Notes under the pieces: model-generated
What the model saw: only the letters and a program-made list of their open reading frames with translations
Databases searched by the model: none
Told to the model about the DNA's origin: nothing
Made by a program: the position numbers and the translations under genes
IMG/VR virus record: IMGVR_UViG_3300037067_007506
Span: 4,865 to 68,864 of that record
DNA from: a virus
Lineage: Duplodnaviria; Caudoviricetes
Direction: 5' to 3' (one strand)
DNA: 64,000 bases
In this document: positions 11,101 through 20,740 of the stretch, piece by piece
Layout of the letters: the number at the start of each line of letters is the position of its first letter
Position numbering within the stretch: the stretch's first letter is position 1

Positions 11101-11609
11101 TTAAATTAAAAGAAGTTGAAGATCAATTTAAAAAATATGAATTGTTATATAATATTTTAACATCTAAAAGAGTATTCAATTTCGAAAAATTCTTCATCAA
11201 CCAATTCTTCGAAAAAATGAATAATATATTTAATGCTTTTTTAAAAGTATTATTTGATAGAAATGTTGAGTTAGTGATAACAGAAAATGATTTTAGTTTT
11301 ATAGATTGTAATAATTCTGATGTTGATTTTAATGCTTTTTCAAATGGTGCTAAAACGAAAATAGAAAGTTGTTTATTATTTACAATCAATATATTGTTTT
11401 ATAATATGGGAATCAGATCAAATTTTTTATGGATTGATGAGCTTATGGATAAAGGTGTTGATCAAGTAAATTTATCTAGATTGTTTGAAGTGTTAATTAA
11501 GTTTTTTAAAGATAAAAAAATATTTGTTGTATCTCATAAAGATATTGAAGAATATTGTCAAAATAAGATTGTTGTTGAAAGACATAATGGTAGTTCTATT
11601 TTAATATAA
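8121..11609 (+). CDS. fused SbcD/Mre11 nuclease - SbcC/Rad50 ATPase (gp47-gp46-like)
   Basis: GDLH, GDIFD, GNHD, SH and GHQH phosphoesterase motifs, then NESGKS (Walker A), CPNC hook in a coiled coil, FSNG signature, WIDE (Walker B) and VSH, all in one 1162-aa frame. Confidence 0.9.
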   Translation: MKLKVFGDLHLTGNNIIDVPIINFLKDNIAKDDTVVFLGDIFDTFNISVQYNIFYDYLSTVKNTVYIILGNHDFSQNRCWSIPIKNFVSNIKIIKEYEYVDINNKLRLHFYNYFKKNIKQFNVKDDGFNMLFSHSDLVVTNPYPEYSVMNLCVNGHQHDFDQSDKYINLGAIRQCKIDENSNKRLLIFDTDTLQYEFINFDTVIDIKQYFAKDIDNITIEKHTILNILLCGYQNPHDVMEQIKQTPWYNKDSIIIRFVPFIDKTVINNILIEISKNNNLNLNTIFEEYLKIYEEKFKIQIENKEEVCDLFKKIYEEKGTFIKDLFHVYPIELIELQAENFKLFRSLNLNFTKYNEITSIVGNNYDELNNMNLPSSNESGKSNIRNMLEYVLGTSNDKNVLTYNEKKGWVSLQLKINDDSILIKKKYNKNVSELEITINNERQWENETPTNVMKMFYEKYNIQNAIPYILVSDTGMARYFFSSKNSEKFKMFRNIFPIIETVSSFIKLIDEDVKLKEIEFNNIQNKKNVIKDKRKDKSTFYWNTYNRLYLEKSKLKVNEIQDKINKLTWNKTLLEQENDLIYINKILSKFSIHFWNKIIDLKNNYEVQNIMDSHDEFYKSNEILNYYNINKLESKNRIKKIEEELSSLKLELEKINIGNCEYLNLDLNKIKDNLIKAGHFEHITKTYKDYNKIFDIECILNDLKLKESKVNKSKEELNSLKEKYINKENDLKELKENAIKCPNCDFEIYDIKTQEKLTEELLDIKKQGVDKKSEHNKYLEEYNDYNTNIYLPINEINEDILYYFDEQNLTLKQFKEYLLNPFNYDNITLENIEELIKTKNDYNVNKTNYDNLTKQITKLNLDLDSEQKKLFEKETKIEEIKNNLKPYNKEDYEKIISVFREYSITKNDYFVTLEKINDVLSKNILNEFTQDEINNLDNLMIELDNAKKTKKLFDDLNVELKYEKQKEDNLNKDYNNLCLDIKKTKKELNFKDINIKLKEVEDQFKKYELLYNILTSKRVFNFEKFFINQFFEKMNNIFNAFLKVLFDRNVELVITENDFSFIDCNNSDVDFNAFSNGAKTKIESCLLFTINILFYNMGIRSNFLWIDELMDKGVDQVNLSRLFEVLIKFFKDKKIFVVSHKDIEEYCQNKIVVERHNGSSILI

Positions 11610-11653
11610 TAATAATTTATAAAAGTTTTTACATTATTATGTGAGGAGAAAAA

Positions 11654-11989
11654 ATGGAAAATATAAAAATTTATGCACTTGAAAATGGTTCAACTATAAT
11701 AGGTAAATTAAATTCAGAACTAAATAGATTAGAAGATATAATGCATCTAACATTACAAACTAGAATGACTCAACAAGGTATAGCAATGGAAAAAGTTATT
11801 GTTCCTTTAAATACGCCTTTTAATTCTTGTCCAAAAACATTAACATTAGAAAAATTGAAGGTATTATTTGAAATTGATAATATAGATGGAGAAAATCTAA
11901 AAATTATTAAGGAAGTTTATTTGGAAGAAGTTGATAAATGTAATAATCCAAATGTTGTAATTCCGAAGAAATCTAAATTAATATATTAG
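11654..11989 (+). CDS. hypothetical protein
   Basis: 111-aa ORF with GAGGAG RBS. Confidence 0.6.
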   Translation: MENIKIYALENGSTIIGKLNSELNRLEDIMHLTLQTRMTQQGIAMEKVIVPLNTPFNSCPKTLTLEKLKVLFEIDNIDGENLKIIKEVYLEEVDKCNNPNVVIPKKSKLIY

Positions 11990-12001
11990 AAGGAGTTTTA
12001 G

Positions 12002-13081
12002 GTGATTTTAAAAACTTTAAAGTTTAATAAGATATTAAAAATTCTTAATATCTTTTCAACTTTATCAAAAGTATTTGTAAGTGAAATGTCACGTTTTGTT
12101 AGAGTTTATTCTTCAGGTGGTGGTAAGTTATACTTTATTGTTAATAATGAAACTGATTTAAGAATTATACAAAATGTAGATATTGAGAAAGATATTGAAA
12201 TAGATTCAGTTTATTTAATATCTGAATTATCTAATATAGTTGAAAATGTTTTAAATTATGAAGATTTGAAATTAGAAGATGATATAATTTATTTTGATGA
12301 TGGTAAGTTTAGTTTAATGAAAATTAATTTACCACAAGACAAAATAGACCAAGTTTTTTATCTTGATATGGAAGAAACTGATAATTCTTTTGTAGTTGAT
12401 ACAGAAATTGAAAAAGAGATTAAGGATTTATTTTCAATTTTAAAATTGAAAGCTGAAACAGTTAATTCATATTTTTACGATGAAGGTCAATTATATTTTA
12501 TTTTTCCAGATTATTCAACTATATATATTAAGAAGAATTCATTGTTATCATTTATGATAACTGATATGTTTTCTTTAAGAATGATTAGTGTTATATTGTT
12601 AAAGAATTTAGGTAAAAGAGTTAATTATACAAGTAATAATGAAAACTTAATAATTGATTCTGATGATTTTTATTTAGAAACAAAAATTTATAAATATGAT
12701 AAGAATGCAGTTTCTTATTTAAAACAATATTTTGAAGATTTGAAGATTATAAATGAAGTTACTTTGAAGTTAGAATTTTTTAATTTTGTTAATGCAATTA
12801 ATTCTTTTGATGAAGATTCCATATTAAATTTTTCAGAGAATTCTATCACTGTAAATTCTAAAATGGTTAATTATCAATATAGAAAATTCTTAGGAGAATT
12901 TAATTTTAAGGAAAATGATAAAAAATTTGTAATTAGTACAAAGATTTTATTTAAAATTTTAAGCTACGCGATTAAAAATATTAAAGATGATGAAATTAGT
13001 TTTAAATTATTAAAAATAAAAAATAATGATTTTATTTATTTTAATATTAACGATGTAGAAATATTGACAGAGATAGGGTAA
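12002..13081 (+). CDS. putative sliding clamp (beta-clamp-sized)
   Basis: 359 aa, acidic, alternating beta/alpha pattern; clamp-loader gene nearby; weak sequence support. Confidence 0.4.
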   Translation: MILKTLKFNKILKILNIFSTLSKVFVSEMSRFVRVYSSGGGKLYFIVNNETDLRIIQNVDIEKDIEIDSVYLISELSNIVENVLNYEDLKLEDDIIYFDDGKFSLMKINLPQDKIDQVFYLDMEETDNSFVVDTEIEKEIKDLFSILKLKAETVNSYFYDEGQLYFIFPDYSTIYIKKNSLLSFMITDMFSLRMISVILLKNLGKRVNYTSNNENLIIDSDDFYLETKIYKYDKNAVSYLKQYFEDLKIINEVTLKLEFFNFVNAINSFDEDSILNFSENSITVNSKMVNYQYRKFLGEFNFKENDKKFVISTKILFKILSYAIKNIKDDEISFKLLKIKNNDFIYFNINDVEILTEIG

Positions 13082-13085
13082 AATT

Positions 13086-13361
13086 ATGGGGAATGTAGTT
13101 AATTTCAACATTAATAATGGAGGGATAAATATTTCAATTGAAGATATATCTAATGAACAATTTGATTATAAAAATATACCTGAATTAAATATTAAAGTTG
13201 AACATTTTGGACAATTAACAAATTTAATCAAAATACCAACAGACTCTCAATCTTTAAAATTGTTAGCTGATTTTTTATTGGATAAAGTTAATGAATATAA
13301 ACATATAGAAAATATTGAAAAATACCATTCATATGGTGTTCTAAAAGCTGAAATTATTTAG
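13086..13361 (+). CDS. hypothetical protein
   Basis: ORF in a tightly packed operon. Confidence 0.55.
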   Translation: MGNVVNFNINNGGINISIEDISNEQFDYKNIPELNIKVEHFGQLTNLIKIPTDSQSLKLLADFLLDKVNEYKHIENIEKYHSYGVLKAEII

Positions 13362-13371
13362 AGGAGAAATC

Positions 13372-13611
13372 ATGTTTGATATTATTGATTGTGACATTAC
13401 TATTCAATTTAAAGTTTCAACAGGGTTAGATTCAGATATTAGTTATGATGATTTTAAAATAATTAGAGAATATATGAATAAAAATTCTAATTTTTTGTTT
13501 CAAACTCAAGAATATCTTATTGATCTAATACATCTTTTAATTGAAAAAAGAGTTAAAATAAGAAAAAGTAGTATTAACGAAAATAAAATACAAGTTGTAG
13601 AAATATTTTAA
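13372..13611 (+). CDS. hypothetical protein
   Basis: ORF with GAGGAG RBS. Confidence 0.55.
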   Translation: MFDIIDCDITIQFKVSTGLDSDISYDDFKIIREYMNKNSNFLFQTQEYLIDLIHLLIEKRVKIRKSSINENKIQVVEIF

Positions 13612-13631
13612 ATTATATAAGGAGAATATAA

Positions 13632-13904
13632 ATGAAAATTAGACCGTTAGGTGACAGACTGTTAATTAAAATTCAAGTTGAAAGTGAAAAGACTTCTGGA
13701 GGTATTATTATACCTAAACAACAGCAACAAAAAACTGATACAGCCATTGTTTTAAGAATTGGTAAACAAATAATTGGTGAATGTGATCTAAAAGAAGGTG
13801 ACATTATTGTATATGATAAATATGCCGGCCAACCTTTAATTGTTGACGATGAAGAATTTGTTGTAATTAAAATGGATGATATTTTAGCAGTAATGGAAAA
13901 ATAA
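13632..13904 (+). CDS. groES: co-chaperonin GroES
   Basis: MKIRPLGDRLLIK..EKTSGGIIIP..GD...YDKYAG..DILAV. Confidence 0.95.
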   Translation: MKIRPLGDRLLIKIQVESEKTSGGIIIPKQQQQKTDTAIVLRIGKQIIGECDLKEGDIIVYDKYAGQPLIVDDEEFVVIKMDDILAVMEK

Positions 13905-14582
13905 ATGATTAATTTTTATCATAGTTTGAGTACTAAATATTTTGATGATGCTTATTGTAAAGCTTTTTTACTAAAAACGGGTAACACTTTAAAGTATTTT
14001 GATATCTCCTCAAACTATGATAAAATATTTGAAATTGATTATTTTGATAAAGATAAGAAAAAAAATATAAAAGACTTCTTACTTAAATATAAAGAGGTTT
14101 ATGTTATACCTTTAGAACTACCTGATGATTCTATTATAGGATTTCAATTAAGATCTAAAAATATAAAAGATTTTTGTAATGTGAAATTAAATGAAAAATA
14201 CCCTCAAATATTTGGGTTATATGACTTTAAAGATTTTAAGTATAATACACCTATAATATTATGTGAAGGTAGTAAAGATGCATTATTTATTAAATTATTT
14301 TATAAATATACATTAGCTTATTTAACAAGTCAACCTACTAAATTATTATTTGAATTTTTATTAACAATAACAAATAGAATAATATTTATACCTGATAATG
14401 ATGATGCTGGATTACAATTAGATACATTTAAAAAATTTAAGATTTTTAAAAAATATCATTGTAATGTATTAAATTATAAAGATTTTGGTAGTTATTGGGA
14501 AGTTGACAACGATTATTTGAAAAATTCTTTTATACGAGAATTAGAAACAATTATTAATCTTGAAGGATTAAAAAATGAATGA
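13905..14582 (+). CDS. DNA primase catalytic/TOPRIM domain lacking a zinc-binding domain
   Basis: IIGFQLR, IFGL, ILCEGSKD, FIPDNDDAG, KDFG motifs; no N-terminal Cys motif. Confidence 0.8.
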   Translation: MINFYHSLSTKYFDDAYCKAFLLKTGNTLKYFDISSNYDKIFEIDYFDKDKKKNIKDFLLKYKEVYVIPLELPDDSIIGFQLRSKNIKDFCNVKLNEKYPQIFGLYDFKDFKYNTPIILCEGSKDALFIKLFYKYTLAYLTSQPTKLLFEFLLTITNRIIFIPDNDDAGLQLDTFKKFKIFKKYHCNVLNYKDFGSYWEVDNDYLKNSFIRELETIINLEGLKNE

Positions 14583-15519
14583 TTATGAATTGTTAGATAA
14601 ATATAATCCTAATACTTGGGATGAATTGGTAGGCCAAGATCATATTGTTTCTTATTTTAAAAAAATAATTAAAGAACCTTTAAAATATCCTCATAATTAT
14701 ATTTTAAATGGAGGATATGGTACAGGAAAAACCTCAACAGCTAATATATTTTATAATGAATTAAAAAAAGTAAAGAATACTTTTAAGTATGATTTTGATG
14801 CTTCTGTAATAGGTAATAAAGAAGATATGAAAAATATTAAATCTGTAATAGATAATATTTTCATATTTTCTCAAGATTTTAGAGTAATAATATTTGATGA
14901 AATACAAGAAGCTTCTAAATCATCTCAATCATTATTTTTAAAGACTTTGGAAAATAAAAATTCTGATTATTTGAAAGATAAAAATTTGTATTTCTTTTTT
15001 CTAACAACAGACAGTTCACGGTTAATACCAACTATCATATCACGATGCATTGAATTAAATTTTTTATTTATTTCGAGTGATGATGTAAGAAAAAGAATTA
15101 ATCAAATAACTGAAATTGAACAAATTTTTATAGATGAAAGATCTGTTAATTTAATAATTGAAAAGTGTGAAGGACATTTAAGAGACGCTATTAAATTATT
15201 AAATGTTTATATGATAATGAAAGATGAATTTAAAAATATTATATGTAATACACAAAAAATAATATATGAATATATGTTTACTGATAATAAAACTATAAAT
15301 GATATAAAAATATTTCCAGTAAACATATTAATAAAAGATTTAAATAAGTTATTTACTAAGATAATTAATAGAAATATTGATGAAAGTTTTTTAAATATTA
15401 TACAGCTTTTCGAATTGTATATGAAATATAAAAATTACGTTACTACAATAGATGATTTTATATCAGTGATGAATATCTTAAAAAAGTTTATATCTATGAA
15501 AGGTCAAACATTCAAATGA
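14575..15519 (+). CDS. clamp loader / DNA Pol III gamma-tau-like AAA+ subunit
   Basis: KYNPNTWDELVGQDHI, GGYGTGKTS, IIFDEIQ, TIISRC, GHLRDAI. Confidence 0.9.
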   Translation: MNDYELLDKYNPNTWDELVGQDHIVSYFKKIIKEPLKYPHNYILNGGYGTGKTSTANIFYNELKKVKNTFKYDFDASVIGNKEDMKNIKSVIDNIFIFSQDFRVIIFDEIQEASKSSQSLFLKTLENKNSDYLKDKNLYFFFLTTDSSRLIPTIISRCIELNFLFISSDDVRKRINQITEIEQIFIDERSVNLIIEKCEGHLRDAIKLLNVYMIMKDEFKNIICNTQKIIYEYMFTDNKTINDIKIFPVNILIKDLNKLFTKIINRNIDESFLNIIQLFELYMKYKNYVTTIDDFISVMNILKKFISMKGQTFK

Positions 15520-16094
15520 AAAAACATAACTCAAAATTGGAAGATTATTGGACAACTGGTAATTATGAAAAGTTTAATATTGAAATAAAAAAGTTTACTG
15601 GATTTATTACTAGGAAATTTTTTAAAGGATTTAAACAAAGTTCTGAAGAATATAATGAGATACAAGATAGATGTTTAGTTAGAATTTATAAACAATTAAC
15701 TGAAGGTCATTACAATCCTTTAAAAAGTGAAAAACAAAATAAATTTAATAATTATATTTTTACTCAAATACGTGGTGAATTAACTAAGTTTTTTAATAAA
15801 TATAATAGAACTCGAACTCATTTAGATGTATTGAATTGTTTTGCTGATGCCGATACAAATAATTCATATAATTATAATATTAATTATAATTACGATATGA
15901 AAGATGAATACGATTATGTTAAAAATGAAATATATGAAATTATTAAGGAATATACTTTATCTATTAATTTAGATGATGTGTTTTATATATTATATCATGA
16001 ATCAAATAGAAAATCTAAAAAACTTGTTGATATTAATGAATTAAGATTAATTTCCTGGGAACTGTATAAACGTCGATTAATTATTGGAGAATGA
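15516..16094 (+). CDS. phage sigma-factor-like protein (T4 gp55-like late sigma candidate)
   Basis: Region-2-like segment YNPLKSEKQNKFNNYIFTQIRGEL resembles the gp55-family FDxxK..N..AY.TQ motif; about 190 aa; just upstream of the late genes. Confidence 0.55.
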   Translation: MKKHNSKLEDYWTTGNYEKFNIEIKKFTGFITRKFFKGFKQSSEEYNEIQDRCLVRIYKQLTEGHYNPLKSEKQNKFNNYIFTQIRGELTKFFNKYNRTRTHLDVLNCFADADTNNSYNYNINYNYDMKDEYDYVKNEIYEIIKEYTLSINLDDVFYILYHESNRKSKKLVDINELRLISWELYKRRLIIGE

Positions 16095-16545
16095 AATGAC
16101 TGGAATTTTAAGTAATATACCTAAAAAAGAAAATGAGGAATTATATTTAAAATGTATATCTATAGAATATAAAATTGAAATAGATGTTTTACAAATATTA
16201 AAAAAATACTTTCAAGATGATTTATATTTTATATTAAACAGTTTATCTGGAAAAACTATAACATTTCCTAAAGTAGAAAATTTAAATAACATTGATTTAA
16301 TGATTAAAATTTATCAAGAAATATTGGAAGGTTTAAATACTTTAGAAATTAAAATTAAAGAATATAATACTATAGTTGATAATAAAAATCATATTGTATA
16401 TAATTATGAATATATATTTTCCGAAATAATTAAAAAGAAAAGTAAAGAATATAAGATTACTACCGATCAAGTATTTTCATTATATAATAAAATGAAAATT
16501 ATTTTGGAAAAAGATGTTAAGAAAAAAATACATAATTACTTTTGA
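16084..16545 (+). CDS. hypothetical protein
   Basis: 153-aa ORF coupled to the sigma-like gene. Confidence 0.6.
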   Translation: MENEMTGILSNIPKKENEELYLKCISIEYKIEIDVLQILKKYFQDDLYFILNSLSGKTITFPKVENLNNIDLMIKIYQEILEGLNTLEIKIKEYNTIVDNKNHIVYNYEYIFSEIIKKKSKEYKITTDQVFSLYNKMKIILEKDVKKKIHNYF

Positions 16546-16550
16546 GGAAC

Positions 16551-16579
16551 AAAAAAACCACTTAAACAGTGGTTTTTTT
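16551..16579. terminator. bidirectional terminator
   Basis: A7-CCACT-TAAAC-AGTGG-T7. Confidence 0.85.
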
Positions 16580-16613
16580 GTTTTATTTTGTAATCAAATA
16601 ATTTTTGTATTAT

Positions 16614-16922
16614 TTATATTTTATTTAATTTACGTTCAAATTTTTTAATATTTTTAAGTAAATAATTTTTATGTTCTTCATTATCAGTATTTTCAAATTC
16701 TTTATATGCTGTTTTTAATTGTTTAATTTCTTGCAATATTATTCTTTTTAAATGTTCTATAGCTTTATCTTCAGTATCATGAAACATATGATTATCATCA
16801 GCTATAGAATTATATTGTTTATTACCATTTTTATTAATAAACCAAACAAAATCATTTTTCCTTTCAATAATTTCAATTTTTGTTATTTTAAAATTATTGT
16901 AATTTAATTTATAAAGTTTCAT
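16614..16922 (-). CDS. early-cassette hypothetical protein
   Basis: Minus-strand ORF between promoter and terminator; GGAG RBS. Confidence 0.7.
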   Translation of the reverse strand: MKLYKLNYNNFKITKIEIIERKNDFVWFINKNGNKQYNSIADDNHMFHDTEDKAIEHLKRIILQEIKQLKTAYKEFENTDNEEHKNYLLKNIKKFERKLNKI

Positions 16923-17128
16923 AATAACTCCTTATTTATATAAATTTCACAATTGTGTAAAATTTTTTCTATTTTTGGAAATTTATCATATGATAAATCA
17001 TATCCATTTTTAAATTTTAAAGTTAATTGTTTTTCATATATAATTCTACCAACTTTAATATTTCCTTTTCCATAATTTAAATCAAGTTGTTTTTGTAAGT
17101 CTAAATGTTTTTTTTGTAAGTTACTCAT
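16919..17128 (-). CDS. early-cassette hypothetical protein
   Basis: AAGGAG RBS directly after a sigma70 promoter. Confidence 0.7.
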   Translation of the reverse strand: MSNLQKKHLDLQKQLDLNYGKGNIKVGRIIYEKQLTLKFKNGYDLSYDKFPKIEKILHNCEIYINKELL

Positions 17129-17151
17129 AATATTTAACTCCTTATACTTTA

Positions 17152-17180
17152 ATTATAGTACATTTTTTTGATTAGTACAA
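17152..17180 (-). promoter_or_regulatory. sigma70-type early promoter
   Basis: Minus strand TTGTAC-17 nt-TATAAT. Confidence 0.8.
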
Positions 17181-17202
17181 GAAAATATAATTATTTTTAT
17201 TA

Positions 17203-17214
17203 TTTTATATTTAT
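17203..17214 (+). promoter_or_regulatory. putative late promoter motif TTTTATATTTAT
   Basis: One of nine exact intergenic copies found by eye upstream of late-region genes. Confidence 0.7.
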
Positions 17215-17229
17215 TTTGAGGTGGAAATT

Positions 17230-17601
17230 ATGGATTTTAAAGGCGTGCCAGCACCAATAGATTTTGATATAATGAAACAACGTATAGAACATTTATTAGA
17301 TTTTGTTCAACACGCAGAACAAGAATTATTTGATAAAGAAAAATTTGATAAAAGATCATTAGATGTTCAAGCTATACTATATGATAAAGCAAAAAAATCA
17401 TTAAATGATGATTTAGATATGGTTAGGAAATTTATTAGTAGTAAGTTTGATTTAGATCCAGCATCAACAAATACTATGAGAAATTTAATGGTGTTAAATG
17501 GAGATCAAAAGAAAGTAATATCTAAAGTTATAACAATGTTATTAAAACATGATACATCAGATTTGTTGGATGTTTTAGATGATGCTGATAATAAATTATA
17601 A
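17230..17601 (+). CDS. putative terminase small subunit
   Basis: Helical ~123-aa protein immediately upstream of terL; GAGGTGG RBS favours ATG 17230. Confidence 0.45.
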   Translation: MDFKGVPAPIDFDIMKQRIEHLLDFVQHAEQELFDKEKFDKRSLDVQAILYDKAKKSLNDDLDMVRKFISSKFDLDPASTNTMRNLMVLNGDQKKVISKVITMLLKHDTSDLLDVLDDADNKL

Positions 17602-17622
17602 ATAATATAAAGAAAAATAAAA

Positions 17623-19656
17623 ATGGGATTACCGTTAAACAAATACTCTTTCAGTAATAGAAATGCACTTTTAGATTTACAAAAATCATTATCTGAAGAT
17701 TCACAAGAATTAAAATTATTACGACCAATAGAACCAATAGAAACTTGGATAAATTCTGAATATTATACTGGACCACTTTGCAAGGATATATGGCCTTATT
17801 GGAAGGAAACAATGATTGAGTTCTTTACACCCCCAATAAAAAATATTTTTATAGCATATGGTTCATTGGGTGGTGGTAAAACTCGTGAATGTTTATCATT
17901 TTTTATACGATTGATATATGAATTAAGTTGTTATAATAACCCGATGTTAAAATTTGGTTTAGCTAAAACATCACCAATAATATTTTTCTTTTTAACTCCT
18001 TCAATAAAAGTTTCAGAAATAACAGGATTTAAAGATTTACGTGAGATGATAGATTTAATACCTTATTTTAATGAGTGTTATCCTAGAAATAAAGATAAGG
18101 ATTCAGTATTAGAGTTTGATAATGGTAGAATACAAGTTCATACAGGATCACAAGTATCACATTTTCGTGGTTCTAATTTGTATAGTGTAATATTAGATGA
18201 AGCGTCATTCCAACGTGGTGGTGATATAGCAAAATTTCAAGGTGCTCAAGAAATATATCGTGAATCAACTAACAGACGTAAATCACGTTTTATGCATGAT
18301 AAAGTTGAATATGGTGTTTCTATGATTGCATCTTCAGCTGACACTATTACATCATTTACAGAAACAGAAGTTGAAAAAAATAAAAACAATCCAAAAGCAT
18401 TAGTAAAATATGTTAAAAAATATAGTTTAAAACCAAAAGACTTTTCAGATCAAAAAATAACAGTATTTAAAGGATTAAAAGATTACGAACCATTTTTATT
18501 AGATTTAGATAATAAAGATAGATATAAAGCTATATTAGAATTTTTAGGTGTTGAAGATATAGATCAATATATAGATTATGAAGATATAACTAATATCAAA
18601 GTACCTGAGTTATATAAAGATTTATTCGTTAATCCACCAATAGATTTTTATACTCAATATAAAACAGATGTTTATAACACATTAAAAGAAGTTGACGGTG
18701 TTGCTGTACAAAATGAATTAAAGTTTTTTACAGAAGCATCTATGTTTTATTCATGTGTTAATCCAAGTTTAAAACATCCATTTTCTAAAGAAGAGATAGA
18801 ATTATCAACAGAAACAAAAGAAAATGATTTAATTAGATATTGGTTAAAAGGTGATCCGGATAATATTATAGAAGATAAAAAATTAAATAAACAAGAAAAT
18901 TTAATAGATAATGGTGTTAGAGGGATACCTGGAATAAATTATTATGTACGTATGGATTTATCTAAAACTGGTGATAGTACAGGTATAGCTATGGGGCATT
19001 ATGATAAAAAAATTAATAAAGTTATTATTGATTTTCAATTAATAGTACATCCACCAAAATATCCTTTCAAAATAGATTTTGATAAAATAAAAGATTTTAT
19101 TATGTTTTTAAAGAATAAACGGGGTTATAAAATAAAAAATATAACATTTGATCAATATGCTAGTGATTATTTTATACAATACTTTGAAAAAAGACATATG
19201 GATAGTTATTTATTATCTGTTGATAGAACCGATAAACCTTATTTATTTTTGAAAGAAAAAATTATTAAAGGGCAATTAGAATTTTATCATTATGCTAGGT
19301 TTGAGTTTGAATTATTTAATTTGATACATGATATGGCTAATAAAAAAGTTGACCATCCTCCTAAACAAAAAAATAAGCAACCTAAAGATGGTGGTTGGGG
19401 TAAAGATATATCAGATGCTATATGTGGGTTAGTTTATACTATATTTATTAAAGAAGGTATAAATGATGTTGAGATTAATCCATTATTAAAAACAATAGCT
19501 CAAAGGTATAATGAAGGTAAAAATAAATTTACTAAAGATAGTATATTAAAGAAAGAAAGTAAATTATTACATACTGATGTTAATAGTTTTACAAATCCGA
19601 AAGCTGAATCTATACATGATTATTTACAAAGAATGAGAATTAATAGAAAAATCTAA
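17623..19656 (+). CDS. terL: terminase large subunit
   Basis: GSLGGGKT Walker A, VILDEA Walker B, RMDLSKTGDSTG and KDISDA RNase H-fold nuclease motifs, KVDHP. Confidence 0.9.
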   Translation: MGLPLNKYSFSNRNALLDLQKSLSEDSQELKLLRPIEPIETWINSEYYTGPLCKDIWPYWKETMIEFFTPPIKNIFIAYGSLGGGKTRECLSFFIRLIYELSCYNNPMLKFGLAKTSPIIFFFLTPSIKVSEITGFKDLREMIDLIPYFNECYPRNKDKDSVLEFDNGRIQVHTGSQVSHFRGSNLYSVILDEASFQRGGDIAKFQGAQEIYRESTNRRKSRFMHDKVEYGVSMIASSADTITSFTETEVEKNKNNPKALVKYVKKYSLKPKDFSDQKITVFKGLKDYEPFLLDLDNKDRYKAILEFLGVEDIDQYIDYEDITNIKVPELYKDLFVNPPIDFYTQYKTDVYNTLKEVDGVAVQNELKFFTEASMFYSCVNPSLKHPFSKEEIELSTETKENDLIRYWLKGDPDNIIEDKKLNKQENLIDNGVRGIPGINYYVRMDLSKTGDSTGIAMGHYDKKINKVIIDFQLIVHPPKYPFKIDFDKIKDFIMFLKNKRGYKIKNITFDQYASDYFIQYFEKRHMDSYLLSVDRTDKPYLFLKEKIIKGQLEFYHYARFEFELFNLIHDMANKKVDHPPKQKNKQPKDGGWGKDISDAICGLVYTIFIKEGINDVEINPLLKTIAQRYNEGKNKFTKDSILKKESKLLHTDVNSFTNPKAESIHDYLQRMRINRKI

Positions 19657-19693
19657 GAATATTGTAAAATTTATGTAAATATGTAATTATTAA

Positions 19694-19721
19694 TTGACTT
19701 ATTAAAAAATTGTGTTATAGT
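19694..19721 (+). promoter_or_regulatory. sigma70-type promoter
   Basis: TTGACT-16 nt-(TG-T)TATAGT. Confidence 0.65.
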
Positions 19722-19777
19722 AAGTTTAATAGTAATTATTTTTATTACTAAATTTTTATTTTATTGGAGGATTTTAG

Positions 19778-20623
19778 ATGAGAGAGTCAAAACAAATAAT
19801 TAAATTGGTTAAAGTTGGAGACTTTAATTTTAGGAAAACTGCAATTTTTAGAACTTTTGTAGCAGTTAAGTTTGGTGATACTGGAATAGTAACAGATGTA
19901 GAGTTACTTTATCGAGATGGTAAAGTAAACTTTAAAATTATTGACTCAAAGTATATACATGTTCTTAGAAAAAATAATATGAAATTAGATAAAGAAGCAT
20001 TAATAACTGAATATTTAGATTTTGTAAAATTAAAAGAAAAAGAATTATTATTAAATAGTGTTAAATTAAAAGAAAAAGAAAATGAATATAATGATAGTTG
20101 GATACACAATTTTAAAAAAGATTTTGATGTATTAGAATCAAAAAACATAAAATGTAATGTTAAAACATTAGATGAATATTTAAAAGATAATGGTAAGTTT
20201 TATGTTGAATTAAAATATAAAACAGAAAAAATAAAGGTTTATAAAACACAATTAGGGGTGTACAATTTTGAATATTTTGAAAATGATATTAAGAAGAAGA
20301 AATCAGCAAAAGAAATGTTAAAATTATTAGAAATATTTATGGAAATAGTAAATAAAAAACCTGTTATAGAAAAAGTTGAAACTAATGTTGAAGAAAATAA
20401 AGAAGTTACTTATAATTTAAACCTATTAAGAGAACGATTACAATCTGAAATTAAATATGATAGACGTAATCAAGCAAATAAAAATGTGTTAGACCCATAC
20501 ATTATTGTAAAAGGTGATAGAAAAATAAACTTTAATTTTTATGCAGAATCTAATACATACACTTTAGGAAGCATCCCGAATTTAAATGAAGACCAAATAA
20601 AAAAGATAATTAATGTATTATAA
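19778..20623 (+). CDS. hypothetical protein
   Basis: 281-aa ORF with GGAGG RBS, its own promoter and a downstream hairpin/T-tract (20647-20672). Confidence 0.7.
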   Translation: MRESKQIIKLVKVGDFNFRKTAIFRTFVAVKFGDTGIVTDVELLYRDGKVNFKIIDSKYIHVLRKNNMKLDKEALITEYLDFVKLKEKELLLNSVKLKEKENEYNDSWIHNFKKDFDVLESKNIKCNVKTLDEYLKDNGKFYVELKYKTEKIKVYKTQLGVYNFEYFENDIKKKKSAKEMLKLLEIFMEIVNKKPVIEKVETNVEENKEVTYNLNLLRERLQSEIKYDRRNQANKNVLDPYIIVKGDRKINFNFYAESNTYTLGSIPNLNEDQIKKIINVL

Positions 20624-20681
20624 AATAATAAGTTATAGAGATTTAAAGTTACTAAACAGTAGCTTTTTTTTTGAGTTTTAA

Positions 20682-20693
20682 TTTTATATTTAT
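20682..20693 (+). promoter_or_regulatory. putative late promoter motif
   Basis: TTTTATATTTAT. Confidence 0.7.
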
Positions 20694-20740
20694 GTTAATA
20701 AAACAATAAATTTTTAAAACGCGTTATAAGGAGATATATA

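Noticed and set aside
17623-19656. Intein in the terminase large subunit
   Set aside because: No splice-junction or LAGLIDADG motifs; length is compatible with an uninterrupted large-phage TerL
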